Under the pieces are notes generated by a model. That model saw only the letters and a program-made list of their open reading frames with translations. It was not told the origin of the DNA and searched no databases. Below are positions 28,225 through 39,894 of a stretch of DNA of 64,000 nt, one piece after another; the stretch's first letter is position 1, and each line of letters opens with the position of its first letter. Position numbers and translations under genes: made by a program. The DNA is taken from the IMG/VR virus record IMGVR_UViG_3300010885_069896, positions 1-64,000 of that record, one strand, 5' to 3'. This DNA comes from a virus (taxonomy: Duplodnaviria; Caudoviricetes).

Positions 28225-31200
28225 CAACTTTTTCCCCAACACAAAGATTAGTTCAATTAAGACCAGGAGTTTTTAAGACATCTGTTGTTCGTGGCATTAC
28301 AGATCCTGACGGTGGCTTATCTACTTTTCAGAGTGAAAATGGCGGATTTGTCGAAACAACAGCACTGGGAGAGTCTGGCTCTTTTCGCTATGACCCAATT
28401 GGATCAGGAATAAAGTCTACACAGCAATTAAATGTTGATTGGAGCGCTTTTGAAAATCATGTTTTCTTTAACTCTGCACAGGTAAAAGTTAACTCGGCAT
28501 TTAATAAAATAATTGATCGTTATCCGTTTGATGGTACACGTAAAGAAACAGAGTTATTTTTTGACGGAATGACTGGTTTTGAAAACTATGTTTATCAAAG
28601 AATGCCAAAAAACAAGGGCTATCTTTATTTTTCTGGTTCTAATCCTAGCGATACAATAACAAAGGGTACTTGGGTTACTGTAAAAGATGTTGCTGGGGCT
28701 CCATTTCCGTTCTTAACCAAAAACCCAAATGGTGCAAGTCGTCTTGACCCAGTGGCGTCATCAGTAACTTTCCAATTTCAGATTTTTTCTCCTACGATTG
28801 CCAACGATAATCAAATTATTTTTCAAAAACTTAACAGTGTTTCGTTGGCAGATCAACAGGGTTTTGGATGTTATTTATCGCAGAGCCTGAGCACCTCTGT
28901 AGTCGATCTAACTTTCTTTGTAGCCAGTGGGTCAACCAACGTCATGTCTGCCTCTATTGGGCTCAATAAGGGCCTCTGGACGCCTGTTTCTTTTGTGTGG
29001 GATCGCAGCAGCGGTGTTAATCAATTAAAAGGATATGTTAGCGGATCGTTGGTTGTTACCAGTAGTCAAGTTACAATTGGTAATTTGAATTTTTCATCAA
29101 ACAATTTTTATATTGGCACAGGTAGCAATATTACAGTGCCTTTTTTCACTCCACAAACCACATTTTCTGGCGGTTTAGACGAATTCAGGTACTATAAAAA
29201 AATATTATCTACCGATGACATGGTAGAGTATCAAAGCAGCAGCATTTATCCTGTTTCTGGCTCTGGTGATTTAGGTCTATACCTTAAATTCAATGAGCCC
29301 TCTGGGTCAAATTCTGAATTAGTAATTGATTATTCTGGGCAGGGTATGCATGGTGTTTTAAATACCTACGCATTGAATACTTTGAAAGTTAGAAATATAT
29401 CAACTGGATCTTTGTTTGGAGAAAGCCCAATGGTTTATGAGGACATAAAGGAATGTCCTATTTTATTTCCTGATCATCCTGAAGTGGAAGCGTTAAGAGA
29501 AGATTTATTAACTGATGCTTCATCTTATGATACCGACAATCCTAATGTTATCACAAAACTAATACCCAAGCAATATTTTTCATACGGCCAAATACAGGCT
29601 GCTCTGAGCACAGAAGAGGGTGACATAAACACTCTTCAATATGGCTCTGAGCCAAATACTGCTGCACTCGGAAGCACACAAACCCTGCTTTCATTGGCAT
29701 ATATGTGGGCTTCGTTTTTTGATGAAATAAAAATATTTTTGGATTCTTTTTCAACTTTGCGGCATGTTGATTATGAAATCAAAGACACTGTACCAGATGC
29801 GTTTTTAAAACAATTAGCAGATTTTTATGGTTTAGATCTACCACCAATTTTTATTGGTTCGACAATTGATCAGTTCATCAATGGCAATAATATCAGTACC
29901 GATATTGTAAAAAGCGAAAATACTTTAAACTATCTACAAAATCAAATTTGGCGTAGAATATTAATTAACGCTAATGACATTTTAAAAAGTAAAGGTACGC
30001 TACATTCAATCAAAGCTTTACTTAGGGCTGTTGGTATTGAGGGGGATAATATATTTCGTTTCAGAGAGTATGGTGGACCAACGCAGCGCACATTGAACGC
30101 TTTAAGAGAAAATAGAAATGATCTTGGCTCCATATTAAATTTCCAAGGCGGCGGTTATGTTAAAACACCGTTCTTATCAGGAAGCCGTATCGAGCCAGGA
30201 TACCCAAATCCAGTAGGTACGTTCATTGTTGATCCAATAACTGGTCATAATACTGATACTACAAATGAAAATGATGGTTTATTTACAAGTGGCTCATGGA
30301 CCTATGAGGGGATTTATAGTTTTGCGGGATCTTCAAATATAACCGTTACGCAAAGCCTAGCAAGACTTATGTCTTCTGGGTCTGGTAACAATGAAAACGT
30401 TTTGGCAAACCTCATGGCATTTTCTGGATCTGGTTTGCAATTAATTGTAAGTCCAAACTACACAGCTGGCGCAAACGCATTAACCATGTCAATTTCAACA
30501 CCAGAAATATTGGATGGACAATTATGGAACATATCATTCGGTAGAACCCGTGGTGATTCTATAGGACAAATATCATCTTCCTACTTCTTAAGAGTGGCAA
30601 GAAATAATCTTGGAAAAATTATTGAAGAATTTACTACTTCTTCATTGTATGATGATAATTTCAACGGAAATTATGCAAACAATTTGTTTCAAACAGTGAA
30701 CGCAACAAGAAACATATCTGGGTCATTTATTGCAATCGGAAGCGGAAGCGCAAATATTGTATTAAATACAGAACTAGCAAATGAAAATTCAATTCAGAAC
30801 TTTGAGGGAAGCGTTACTCAAATAAGATTTTGGTCAAAGGATTTGGCGATTGATGAATGGCGAGAACATGTCAGAGATTATAAATCATTAGGTGTGTATG
30901 ATCCAAGAGTAAATTTCAATTTTGAAAACTTACGCTCAGGGTCATTTGAAAAGGTAAGACTTGATCTTTCAACCGGTCAAATAACTACAGAAACAGATGG
31001 GTCTGGAAATATACAAATATTTGATTTTTCAAAAAATAATCTGCACTCGTCTGGGACATTATTCCCCGTAACTTCATCTGTGATTGCCTCAAAAAGATTT
31101 TATTATTCTTTCATATCTCCAAACTTTGATGAAGCTGTTACCAATGATAAAGTTCGTGTAAGAAGCTATCAAGATTTAGATAATGTTTTAAATGATGATG

Positions 31201-31685
31201 GGATGTATTCAATGGAGGCCCCAATATATGAGATCTCGCAAGAACAAATTCCAGAAGATAATGGTAAATTCAGTATAGATTTTAGCATAGTCGATTCATT
31301 GAATCAAGATATGATGATAATGTTTTCATCATTGGAAATTTTTGATGATATACTTGGCGCACCAAACATGATGTTTTCTGGAGATTACCCAGGTCTAGAG
31401 ACCTTGAGAGAAATCTATTTCAATAGATTAAATAATAAAATAAATATTAAAGGATTTTTTGAATTCTATAAATGGATTAATACTAATATTGGTAAATTTA
31501 TTGAACAGTTGATACCTAGAAAAACAAGATACAATGGAATAAATTATGTTATTACCAGCCATCTTTTAGAAAGATCTAAGGTAGAGTATCATTGTGAGGA
31601 TATTTACATTGGAGAAAGTAACAGAAATAGGCAAAAAGATGTTTCAAGTTTACAAATTGTTGATGGATTGTTGAGGAAATACTAA
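28221..31685 (+). CDS. Baseplate protein with LamG-like domains and a gpI/gp7-like wedge core
   Basis: Two LamG-like ends (GGLDEFRYYKK; GSVTQIRFW), WTPVSF/WNISF strands, and IWRRILINA-ILKSKGTLHSIKALL. Confidence 0.65.
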   Translation: MTTFSPTQRLVQLRPGVFKTSVVRGITDPDGGLSTFQSENGGFVETTALGESGSFRYDPIGSGIKSTQQLNVDWSAFENHVFFNSAQVKVNSAFNKIIDRYPFDGTRKETELFFDGMTGFENYVYQRMPKNKGYLYFSGSNPSDTITKGTWVTVKDVAGAPFPFLTKNPNGASRLDPVASSVTFQFQIFSPTIANDNQIIFQKLNSVSLADQQGFGCYLSQSLSTSVVDLTFFVASGSTNVMSASIGLNKGLWTPVSFVWDRSSGVNQLKGYVSGSLVVTSSQVTIGNLNFSSNNFYIGTGSNITVPFFTPQTTFSGGLDEFRYYKKILSTDDMVEYQSSSIYPVSGSGDLGLYLKFNEPSGSNSELVIDYSGQGMHGVLNTYALNTLKVRNISTGSLFGESPMVYEDIKECPILFPDHPEVEALREDLLTDASSYDTDNPNVITKLIPKQYFSYGQIQAALSTEEGDINTLQYGSEPNTAALGSTQTLLSLAYMWASFFDEIKIFLDSFSTLRHVDYEIKDTVPDAFLKQLADFYGLDLPPIFIGSTIDQFINGNNISTDIVKSENTLNYLQNQIWRRILINANDILKSKGTLHSIKALLRAVGIEGDNIFRFREYGGPTQRTLNALRENRNDLGSILNFQGGGYVKTPFLSGSRIEPGYPNPVGTFIVDPITGHNTDTTNENDGLFTSGSWTYEGIYSFAGSSNITVTQSLARLMSSGSGNNENVLANLMAFSGSGLQLIVSPNYTAGANALTMSISTPEILDGQLWNISFGRTRGDSIGQISSSYFLRVARNNLGKIIEEFTTSSLYDDNFNGNYANNLFQTVNATRNISGSFIAIGSGSANIVLNTELANENSIQNFEGSVTQIRFWSKDLAIDEWREHVRDYKSLGVYDPRVNFNFENLRSGSFEKVRLDLSTGQITTETDGSGNIQIFDFSKNNLHSSGTLFPVTSSVIASKRFYYSFISPNFDEAVTNDKVRVRSYQDLDNVLNDDGMYSMEAPIYEISQEQIPEDNGKFSIDFSIVDSLNQDMMIMFSSLEIFDDILGAPNMMFSGDYPGLETLREIYFNRLNNKINIKGFFEFYKWINTNIGKFIEQLIPRKTRYNGINYVITSHLLERSKVEYHCEDIYIGESNRNRQKDVSSLQIVDGLLRKY

Positions 31686-32701
31686 TGCCATATTGGATAG
31701 TTGATTCTAGATTTAAACCATTCAATGATGATCCATTTTATTATGGTAAAACAAACCGTAATTTATCTGTCTCTGGTGGCATAAACACCACTGCAATAGA
31801 TAATTTTCGTGAAGGTGTGAACGTAAGAAATACAAACGATATTTATAAATCAAATCAAGTAAAAATCTCATTTGTAGATGGTTCTGGCGATTTAGAGATT
31901 TTGCCAAATGGAGATTTAACAAATCAATCTCAATTTATAACATTTGGGCAAGCTGTAGACTTTATTCAATACACTGGCCAAGCAGCTTTCATGGATTCAC
32001 ATGTGGGCGTAGAGGGAACGTCTATAAAAAGCAATGGTTTGAGATTGCCAAGAACTGTTGATTATCTTATTGATAATGCGGCAATTGTGGAAGGTTTTGT
32101 GCAGCCAGATGTATTGTATCCAGTATATATGAATGGAGGTCCACAGTTTTTCGAAGAATGTATAATTGAACCTTTTCCAATTCCCAATCGCTTGGCTACA
32201 AACGAAAGCCCTCAAGAGATTTCAAAAGGTATATTTGCTTTTTTGGAAGGTGGTAATGTTGGAGATGAACGTAGGTTTGGCTCAAGTAATAATGAGCAAA
32301 TGATTTATCGTGATCAGCCACTTGTAGTGAGACCTTACTTAGAATATGGCGCTAATTATCTTCTGGTGACAAACAGCATTGGAAATGTAATCAAATTTAT
32401 TGAATCAAAACCTTCGGCAATTCCAGATCAAAGCATTGTTGCAAAAATAAAACCATGGATAGATGAACCAAGAAATATATATTTTCCGAGATTTACGGAT
32501 ACTTTAGATCTATTAAGTGCCAGCGTTAAAAATAATAATACTACAATCCCATTTTATTCATTAAACTATGGAACAAATGATACAGAAATTCAAAGCCGTG
32601 ATCAAAAATCTGCACCAGCTGGCTATAGCTATTATGGCGGAAATGCAGGATTGTACGGTACGGATAGTATTGCCTTTGGCGGAATTTTTCGTGGAAGTTG
32701 A
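31685..32701 (+). CDS. Putative virion structural protein
   Basis: Translationally coupled ORF in the tail operon; no recognised family. Confidence 0.55.
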   Translation: MPYWIVDSRFKPFNDDPFYYGKTNRNLSVSGGINTTAIDNFREGVNVRNTNDIYKSNQVKISFVDGSGDLEILPNGDLTNQSQFITFGQAVDFIQYTGQAAFMDSHVGVEGTSIKSNGLRLPRTVDYLIDNAAIVEGFVQPDVLYPVYMNGGPQFFEECIIEPFPIPNRLATNESPQEISKGIFAFLEGGNVGDERRFGSSNNEQMIYRDQPLVVRPYLEYGANYLLVTNSIGNVIKFIESKPSAIPDQSIVAKIKPWIDEPRNIYFPRFTDTLDLLSASVKNNNTTIPFYSLNYGTNDTEIQSRDQKSAPAGYSYYGGNAGLYGTDSIAFGGIFRGS

Positions 32702-32716
32702 TTGTTATAGGTCATT

Positions 32717-35002
32717 ATGAGCAGAACACTAAAAGGCACAAGAGCCAGAGGGCTTCCTCCAAAAGTATTATTATCACAAAGGCAAGATGCAACAGGTAGT
32801 TTTCCCACAGTATGGAGAACTTCCAGTGATAATCGTACCGGAAAATACCCAGTATTTTTTAATGACAACAAGGTTGTTCCATTTAATCAGTATGAAGCTG
32901 CTGATTATGACATCCCTAGTGGAATTGCGTATATTGAAAAGGTAGAGAATGTAGGAGCAGTAGAAACTGGCGGCACTAGTATCGTAACCTACCCTACTGC
33001 ATTCACAGGTGTACCAATCGTTGTTATATCCGAGCTAAGTAGCGCAAATGGGGATAGCTCCCAAAATGTCAATGTGTTTTTAAGCGCCAGCAATCCCAGC
33101 AATTTTACCGTAAAATTCTCTTCGCAATTCACTGGCAGTCTTGTTTATCGTGCTGTATATGATCCATCGCCGGGAACTCTTCGTGTTGTCGAGCGAGCAC
33201 CAAGATATACCGCATCATACACTAGGCTCGTTGCAACGGCATCCAGCTTGAAGAACACAAACACAGTTGATATTACATTTAATAATTTCGGTGACGATAC
33301 AGCAGAAAACTTTGTAACTTTTTTCGATAGCACGGGCAACAGTCAATCAGATATATGGCCAAACATAACAGCACAAACTCGTACTAGGGTTGCTTTGACG
33401 GCAAGTGCAATTGCTACCACAGTAGCACAGTTTGAACGCTTTCATCATGGCCTTCACAATCGTGGCATTATTTATCCTCTTGGCATGAACCAAGCAACCA
33501 TTCTCGCTGGATTGTCCCAAGAGAATCAAATAGAGATGTATGGTTCTGTATCATTTATCAGTGGTGCAGTGGTTAACCAGCCAACCAAATGGATTGTTGC
33601 TTCTGGCAGCATGAAGAAAAATATTGCAGATACGTTTGTTACCTTTACTCCCGGTCAAGATATACAAGCCTTTAGAGATAATTCAAATCCAGCAGTTGTT
33701 GGAAAAATATCTTCTTCGGTTAATGTAATAAATCCCTTCTATGCTACGGGAAGTGCAGTTGATGTTACTGGGCAAGGCTTTCAGCAGCCGCTATGGAGCA
33801 AGAGTAAAATAGAGATTGATTTAACACCTAGCGCAGTTCATACTATAAGTTTACCAAGAACAGGAAGCATCGGTACAAGTTTTCCAATGATGTATTGGAA
33901 CGCAGAAAAAAAGCGCTATGAAGGAGTTGGACTTGGGAAACCCATTGGTGGTACTTATGCGGAAAATACCAATGGATTAAAAAGCTTTTTGGACGATCAA
34001 ACAATTGGTTTTTCTGCTTGTGTTGATGGTGGAGGTGCGAGTCTTAATCAACAGAATTTATATAATGTATACAGTAGACAGATAAGCAATTTTGGTTTTC
34101 CATATGCTCAAAAATTTCAGCCCACAGGTTCACAGCAGATAAATATGTCATATTATTTGTCCGAACCTTTTCTTTTAGAAAAACTTGTGGTTGAAGTGAG
34201 TGCGGCAATTGGCCTTAGCGGAAGCTTAACAAGCCGTGCTGCTATATGGACTTTTTGTATGTTGAATACAAGAAACATGTTATCCGGCGCTTCGGTTGGA
34301 AGTCAAACAATAATTCCATATAATGCTAGCACTGCCGGGACTTCATTTGTAACTTCTTCTGTGGCCGGATCATCCTACCTTGATGTTATTGATTATTGCC
34401 AAATATCTTTTACTGGCAGCAATCCATTTAGTACTGCTTTTCAAGCGGGTGGTCGTGAATTAACTGTAACTCCAATATCCTACGGAAGTCCCCAAAAAGG
34501 TTGGATACGCACAGGCCAGATGGTCGTTTCATCTTCCGTTAAAAACAGCATATCTCATCAAGGAGGAACAGCAAATTTTTCTGGATCGAATACTACTACA
34601 AAATTTTTGCAATCATTGAATTTATCTTCAAGAAACCAAATCACTAATGTAAACGGAAGAGATTGGACAACCAGCGAAGAAAAACCTCAAATTATAGGTT
34701 TCGCTACGCTTGAAAACATATCAACTCCTATAAACTCTTTCTACTTCAAAGAAAATCGATATCTTCTTCTGCCAAGTGATAAAATTACTCTAGCTTGGCA
34801 CTTGCCTTGGCCAACTATTTTAGCTGGCGGCGGTGGTACTGATGGAGTATCGTCAATAACATTCTCTCCGCTTGGCGTCAACAAGATAACCTTATACGGC
34901 TCATCTCTTCGTATTAACCCAGAGACAAATCAATTAGAAGAGCATCACGATACGCTCAATCAATTACTTAGCTCAGAGAGCATTCACGAAAATTTGGGTT
35001 AG
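32717..35002 (+). CDS. Putative tail/baseplate protein with an H-type-lectin-like beta domain
   Basis: IVTYPTAFTGVPIVVIS...SNFTV resembles phage fibre H-lectin-like modules; S/G/T-rich. Confidence 0.5.
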   Translation: MSRTLKGTRARGLPPKVLLSQRQDATGSFPTVWRTSSDNRTGKYPVFFNDNKVVPFNQYEAADYDIPSGIAYIEKVENVGAVETGGTSIVTYPTAFTGVPIVVISELSSANGDSSQNVNVFLSASNPSNFTVKFSSQFTGSLVYRAVYDPSPGTLRVVERAPRYTASYTRLVATASSLKNTNTVDITFNNFGDDTAENFVTFFDSTGNSQSDIWPNITAQTRTRVALTASAIATTVAQFERFHHGLHNRGIIYPLGMNQATILAGLSQENQIEMYGSVSFISGAVVNQPTKWIVASGSMKKNIADTFVTFTPGQDIQAFRDNSNPAVVGKISSSVNVINPFYATGSAVDVTGQGFQQPLWSKSKIEIDLTPSAVHTISLPRTGSIGTSFPMMYWNAEKKRYEGVGLGKPIGGTYAENTNGLKSFLDDQTIGFSACVDGGGASLNQQNLYNVYSRQISNFGFPYAQKFQPTGSQQINMSYYLSEPFLLEKLVVEVSAAIGLSGSLTSRAAIWTFCMLNTRNMLSGASVGSQTIIPYNASTAGTSFVTSSVAGSSYLDVIDYCQISFTGSNPFSTAFQAGGRELTVTPISYGSPQKGWIRTGQMVVSSSVKNSISHQGGTANFSGSNTTTKFLQSLNLSSRNQITNVNGRDWTTSEEKPQIIGFATLENISTPINSFYFKENRYLLLPSDKITLAWHLPWPTILAGGGGTDGVSSITFSPLGVNKITLYGSSLRINPETNQLEEHHDTLNQLLSSESIHENLG

Positions 35003-35066
35003 AAACGTGCCCTTCCTATTAATACAAACAACCATCTTATAATCGAACAAAAGACTAATTAACATC

Positions 35067-36284
35067 ATGCCAATATATGACGTAGAAAATAGATTCTCTT
35101 ATTACAAATCCTATTCTGATAATATTCTTGTCGGCCCTGCCAGACCAACTATGGGTTCGTATGATTGGCAAAGGAACGTTTCTGGAAGTGTTGTGAGTGG
35201 GTCCGAAGAATATAAGACAAGTATTTTATTTAGTGATTTTCTTAAAAAATACACTGCTCCATTTTATCGATCTGGAGAAGTTAGGTATATAAGATTTTTT
35301 AGTAAAAACCAAACAATAAAAGACAGCATCACACCATCTGCACTTGAATTATTGTTGACAGGATCTTCTCCATCAAAACCTATATTTACCACAGTAGCAC
35401 CATTTAATATTGCCACTCCCCTAACACCATTACCATTTTTAAAATTTATTTTTGCTATAGATGGTTTAAAAATAGAAGCTGATGATTCTACAATAATAAA
35501 CAATACAGAATGGGCCTTTTCTTTTCCTTATGAGAAAAAATATTTCAATGTCAATTCCTACGATTCAATGGCTTCAGAATTTTTCAATAAACTTTTTTCA
35601 ATAGATAAAACAGCATACGGAGAAGATGCAACCACTACATTTTTTTTCACTTCTTCCGTTATTCCATCATTAAATACAACCTATGAAAATGTATTGATAG
35701 CAACGTCTAAAAGTGGTTCGGTAGAAACGTATATAGAAAATTTTTGTGATGGTGTAGGGTATTATGATTCTTCTGCTGGCCCATTCCCTTTCAGTCTGCT
35801 GGATATCGTTGGAAATGTGAATAATCTTAACTATAAGCAATCAATTGTGTTTGGTATAAGGCCATCAAGCATATTTTCTGTTCCGAATACCTTTATTCCA
35901 AGCAACACCGTTTATTTTACTAATATAGGGTTTACTATTGAGGGTTGGAAATATGGTCTTTATAATGGCCTTCCTACAAATTTCTCTGCCGTGTTCCGTC
36001 AAAACCACTACGGCCAGTTCCGTGATATGTTAGAGCAGCGCATATACACCAAAACTTATAATAATCCGTTGATAGGTGGTCCTATGGATAATAACGGTGG
36101 CATAAACTTTATATCTGGAAGTGCTCTATTAGGCGAAAGTAATGATTATATTACTGCATCAATATACGCTTCCGACAATGTGACAGAAGCCTATAGAGTC
36201 AATCCATATGGTTCTGGTATATTTGATAAAGAATATAGAGCATCACAGCCATGGTATGATAATGATCCAAGGGTAGGGACATAA
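35067..36284 (+). CDS. Putative virion structural protein
   Basis: GWKYGL...FRQNHYGQFRDMLEQR motif; operon context. Confidence 0.55.
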   Translation: MPIYDVENRFSYYKSYSDNILVGPARPTMGSYDWQRNVSGSVVSGSEEYKTSILFSDFLKKYTAPFYRSGEVRYIRFFSKNQTIKDSITPSALELLLTGSSPSKPIFTTVAPFNIATPLTPLPFLKFIFAIDGLKIEADDSTIINNTEWAFSFPYEKKYFNVNSYDSMASEFFNKLFSIDKTAYGEDATTTFFFTSSVIPSLNTTYENVLIATSKSGSVETYIENFCDGVGYYDSSAGPFPFSLLDIVGNVNNLNYKQSIVFGIRPSSIFSVPNTFIPSNTVYFTNIGFTIEGWKYGLYNGLPTNFSAVFRQNHYGQFRDMLEQRIYTKTYNNPLIGGPMDNNGGINFISGSALLGESNDYITASIYASDNVTEAYRVNPYGSGIFDKEYRASQPWYDNDPRVGT

Positions 36285-36288
36285 TATC

Positions 36289-37365
36289 ATGGGAATATTA
36301 AATCAAAAGAATTCTATCATGGACACCATCTTAACGGATGAAGGTCGCAGGCAGCTAGGGACAGGTAAATTTCAACCAGTATTTTATTCATTCAGCGATG
36401 CTGGTGCTGTTTATTCTCCATTAGATACCTTTGTCTCAGGAACATCACCAGAAACAAATATTGCAACAACATTGACTTTTGAAGCATTCCCATTGCCTCA
36501 AGATCAAGTGGCCTACGAAGCAGACGATGCTGGTGGGTTAGTTGCTTCTAGAAAAAATAATTACTTTCAGTTACCATCATTTGATAATGTGAGGGTTCTT
36601 TCCGGTAAATTGATTCAAGGATGGGAAACCGGTAACCCACAAATCCTAACATCATCAGCACAATTTTCTTCATTGGCTTCATCTGTTATGTCTGGGACTA
36701 CGGATAATTTTCGTAAGCTTATGATATTAAAAAGCCCAGATTTATTATATGCCAATCGTGACGAGTTTAAATTAAGCACAGAAAACGTGCTAGAATTTCG
36801 TATTGATGATAATACTCTTTTGCCTGGAAATATAACAAAAGGTATTTTAGAATCATCTGAGAATCTTTTTTCAGATCGTAGATTGTCTCATATTGATAAC
36901 TTTAGCTATCTTCCTCCTATAAATAAAAGGACTATTCCAAATCGGCCATCGACGGAAATAGGAAATTATGGCAATGTTATTAACGGAAACAGACAAATAT
37001 TAACATATGATGATCTAAGGAATGAATTTCAGCATACGGTCGTCCAAACTGGAAGCGTACAGCAGATAAGTTATTTGCAAAAGCAAACTGTGCAATTCAG
37101 TGAAACAAGTATTACCAATAGATTAATGGGTCAAATGTTTGAAGTAGCTCAAGGCAAAATAACAAAGCTTGATGTAATTGATTTTGGTATTTTTACAGTT
37201 AAAAGAACTGATCCGCCTCTATTTCCAGACGCTGTAGCAACTCCTCTTAACCAAGATCTAGTTACCGCAACAACCCGTACTCAGGTTTATTTTGTTGGTA
37301 AAGTATTCTTAGATTCTACTGGAAACAATAAATTCATTAATATTTTTACACTTGTATATCAGTGA
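36289..37365 (+). CDS. Conserved large-myovirus structural protein (baseplate/tail)
   Basis: N-terminal MGILN-IMDTILTDEGRRQL-F-FSD motif, recalled from structural genes of large myoviruses. Confidence 0.55.
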   Translation: MGILNQKNSIMDTILTDEGRRQLGTGKFQPVFYSFSDAGAVYSPLDTFVSGTSPETNIATTLTFEAFPLPQDQVAYEADDAGGLVASRKNNYFQLPSFDNVRVLSGKLIQGWETGNPQILTSSAQFSSLASSVMSGTTDNFRKLMILKSPDLLYANRDEFKLSTENVLEFRIDDNTLLPGNITKGILESSENLFSDRRLSHIDNFSYLPPINKRTIPNRPSTEIGNYGNVINGNRQILTYDDLRNEFQHTVVQTGSVQQISYLQKQTVQFSETSITNRLMGQMFEVAQGKITKLDVIDFGIFTVKRTDPPLFPDAVATPLNQDLVTATTRTQVYFVGKVFLDSTGNNKFINIFTLVYQ

Positions 37366-37476
37366 TCGCAAATCACACATCACACGCCCAAAATAAGAAG
37401 TGACTTAATCAACACAGATTTTTACCATACAGGTAATTTGTCTAGATACTATATATTTTTGATAGGTTTATAAAAC

Positions 37477-39894
37477 GTGGAAATTAAATCAAACACAATA
37501 CAGGTCATTACGGCTAATGATAATTTTGCTTCTCTTGAAGAAATTTCAATAAGTCATTACTTGTACAGTTTCAATCTTTCGGTAAATAAACCAACTGTTT
37601 TATCTTTAAAAGCTAATCAGTTGATCGTAAGGACATATCAAGATAACCCAAAGACTTCGGTAGCTTTATCAATTTTTGATAAAACAAACAATCAAACGCT
37701 AAATGTTCTTAATCAAGATGCTACAAAAATAATCAATAACATCAAGCAGAGATCTAACAGGGCATTTACTGACATAAGCAATACAAGAAAATCATATTTA
37801 TCATATCAATGTTTCACTATGGATTATCTTATCCAAAAATATTCTAATGGTGTAGGGTATTCAATTATAAATTCATCCGATAACATACCGATTAAAAATG
37901 ATATATATTCTGTGCCAAATTTAATTAAGCAAGAACAATTGAATGAAGATCGTGTGCTTTCTGAATTGAACATACAATTGCTAGAAGAATATAAAATTGA
38001 TCCGGCTTCTGTTATTACAAAAATATATAGTTCGCAAACACCTTACGAAATCAATAATGGTGTCAATAAAGATCAATATTATTTAACAAAAACAGAAGGA
38101 TATACTGACCAAGCAAAACAAATAACGCAGCAGCTTCTTCATGAAAATTTTGCAGAATCTGGTAGTCGAGTATCCATACAAACTTATGATATTTCTTCTC
38201 AAGACACCATACAAATTAACGTTGAGCAAATGTTGCCTGCCGCCGCAGTAGAAAGTTCAGATTTTTATGTGATGTTTTCTGTCTATGATATAGACAATAA
38301 TCTAATACAAGAATTCGTAAAATACGTATCTCACAATAAAAATATTAGTTTATTTACACACATAAAATCTCCACCAATACTAAATGTAAATAAAAAAGAC
38401 GATGGCACAGTTGAGATATTTTTACAACAGACAGATCCTAATGCAACTGGCGTGAAAATATATAAAACAGTATTCACTGAAACCATCCAACCTTTTAATG
38501 CAATGCAGCATTTGGTTGGTAGCTATGAATTAGCCTATGGAAATGTTTTAAAAAGAACTCTTACCACCGAGAATTTAGGCTTTATATTATATCGTGCTTT
38601 AAGCTATAATGCATTTGGTGATGTGAGTTCAGAGTTTTCAAGTCAAGTAGTTGAAAATCAGACAGAAAGCGTTGACGGATCTCCAAGACCTAATGTTTTT
38701 CTGTCATTAAATCATGAATATACGCTTGGCGGTATAAATTTAATAATATCAGAAATAACAAATAACATTTCTGTTATAAAATTATATAAAACAAATATAA
38801 CGATAGACCCAGATACAGAAACATTAATCCAAACATTTTTTATTGGTGGGGCAACTCAAAATACATCATTTCTTTACTTTGATAATAATCTGGATCAATA
38901 TAAAACTTATCGTTACAGATGCATCGTTATTGATAATAAAGGTCAAGAGTTTGACTGTACTGGCGTTGAGGAAATGTATTATAGACCTGTATCGCAAAAT
39001 TATGCAGCCGTTACAGTCACTTCGCCGGTTGTCAGCAACATACAGCTTCCATCCGAAAATTCGCAAGCATATGATGTAACTTTTACTATTGATTATGCAA
39101 TTAATAAAAAATTGGAAGATAATCTAAAAGATATATTGACAAAACAGGGGCTGATAGAATATTATGGCGGCGATATTCAAAGAGAACGCCTAAAGGATCT
39201 ACTTGTCACTAAAGTTGAATTAAGAGACTTGGACAGTAATGAAAAAGTATTTCTAACATACACTGCTGATGTTTTTACACAAAGCAAAACAAAGTATGGG
39301 TATATTAATAAAAACTCGAAGTACTCATACGAGTTAACAACATATGTAAGAAACCCAGCGACTCTCTTAGAATCCGTGATATTGACAGGATCATCTACTC
39401 CACGGTCAAATGGTTCAAATACATCAATTACTTATACTTATAAACCATCAGTATTTGATCATCCTTTCGCTTTATCTCAAGGAATAAATCCTAAAAAAAG
39501 CGGAGATGAGTTTTGTACATATTTTGGTTTAAATCAATTCGCATTTGGGGATGTCACTTCTATTGATTATGTAAAAATTGATCTTACGGAGCCAAAAGCT
39601 TCTCTTGGAGCCATAAAAGCGTTTTTATTCAATAGCAAGAATATCCAATTGGCTTGGTCGGTGAGTGGGAACCAAGAGGAAATTAGTCACTTTATAATTA
39701 AAAGACAGAATATAGAAACAGGAAAATTGGATATTATTGGAAAAGCACACGGAATCAATCCACAGAACGCATTTACATACATTGATCCAGTTAGATATAC
39801 GGAGACCGGTGTGTTTAGATATATTATCACTATACAGTATTTTAATATGATGCTTAGCCAGGATTACAATAGCAACGAAGTGGTGATTTCATGA
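37477..39894 (+). CDS. Large putative structural protein with fibronectin-III/Ig-like domains
   Basis: GTG start; Fn3-like YFDNNL-TYRYRCI, LAWSV and YIDPV-FRYII segments. Confidence 0.55.
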   Translation: MEIKSNTIQVITANDNFASLEEISISHYLYSFNLSVNKPTVLSLKANQLIVRTYQDNPKTSVALSIFDKTNNQTLNVLNQDATKIINNIKQRSNRAFTDISNTRKSYLSYQCFTMDYLIQKYSNGVGYSIINSSDNIPIKNDIYSVPNLIKQEQLNEDRVLSELNIQLLEEYKIDPASVITKIYSSQTPYEINNGVNKDQYYLTKTEGYTDQAKQITQQLLHENFAESGSRVSIQTYDISSQDTIQINVEQMLPAAAVESSDFYVMFSVYDIDNNLIQEFVKYVSHNKNISLFTHIKSPPILNVNKKDDGTVEIFLQQTDPNATGVKIYKTVFTETIQPFNAMQHLVGSYELAYGNVLKRTLTTENLGFILYRALSYNAFGDVSSEFSSQVVENQTESVDGSPRPNVFLSLNHEYTLGGINLIISEITNNISVIKLYKTNITIDPDTETLIQTFFIGGATQNTSFLYFDNNLDQYKTYRYRCIVIDNKGQEFDCTGVEEMYYRPVSQNYAAVTVTSPVVSNIQLPSENSQAYDVTFTIDYAINKKLEDNLKDILTKQGLIEYYGGDIQRERLKDLLVTKVELRDLDSNEKVFLTYTADVFTQSKTKYGYINKNSKYSYELTTYVRNPATLLESVILTGSSTPRSNGSNTSITYTYKPSVFDHPFALSQGINPKKSGDEFCTYFGLNQFAFGDVTSIDYVKIDLTEPKASLGAIKAFLFNSKNIQLAWSVSGNQEEISHFIIKRQNIETGKLDIIGKAHGINPQNAFTYIDPVRYTETGVFRYIITIQYFNMMLSQDYNSNEVVIS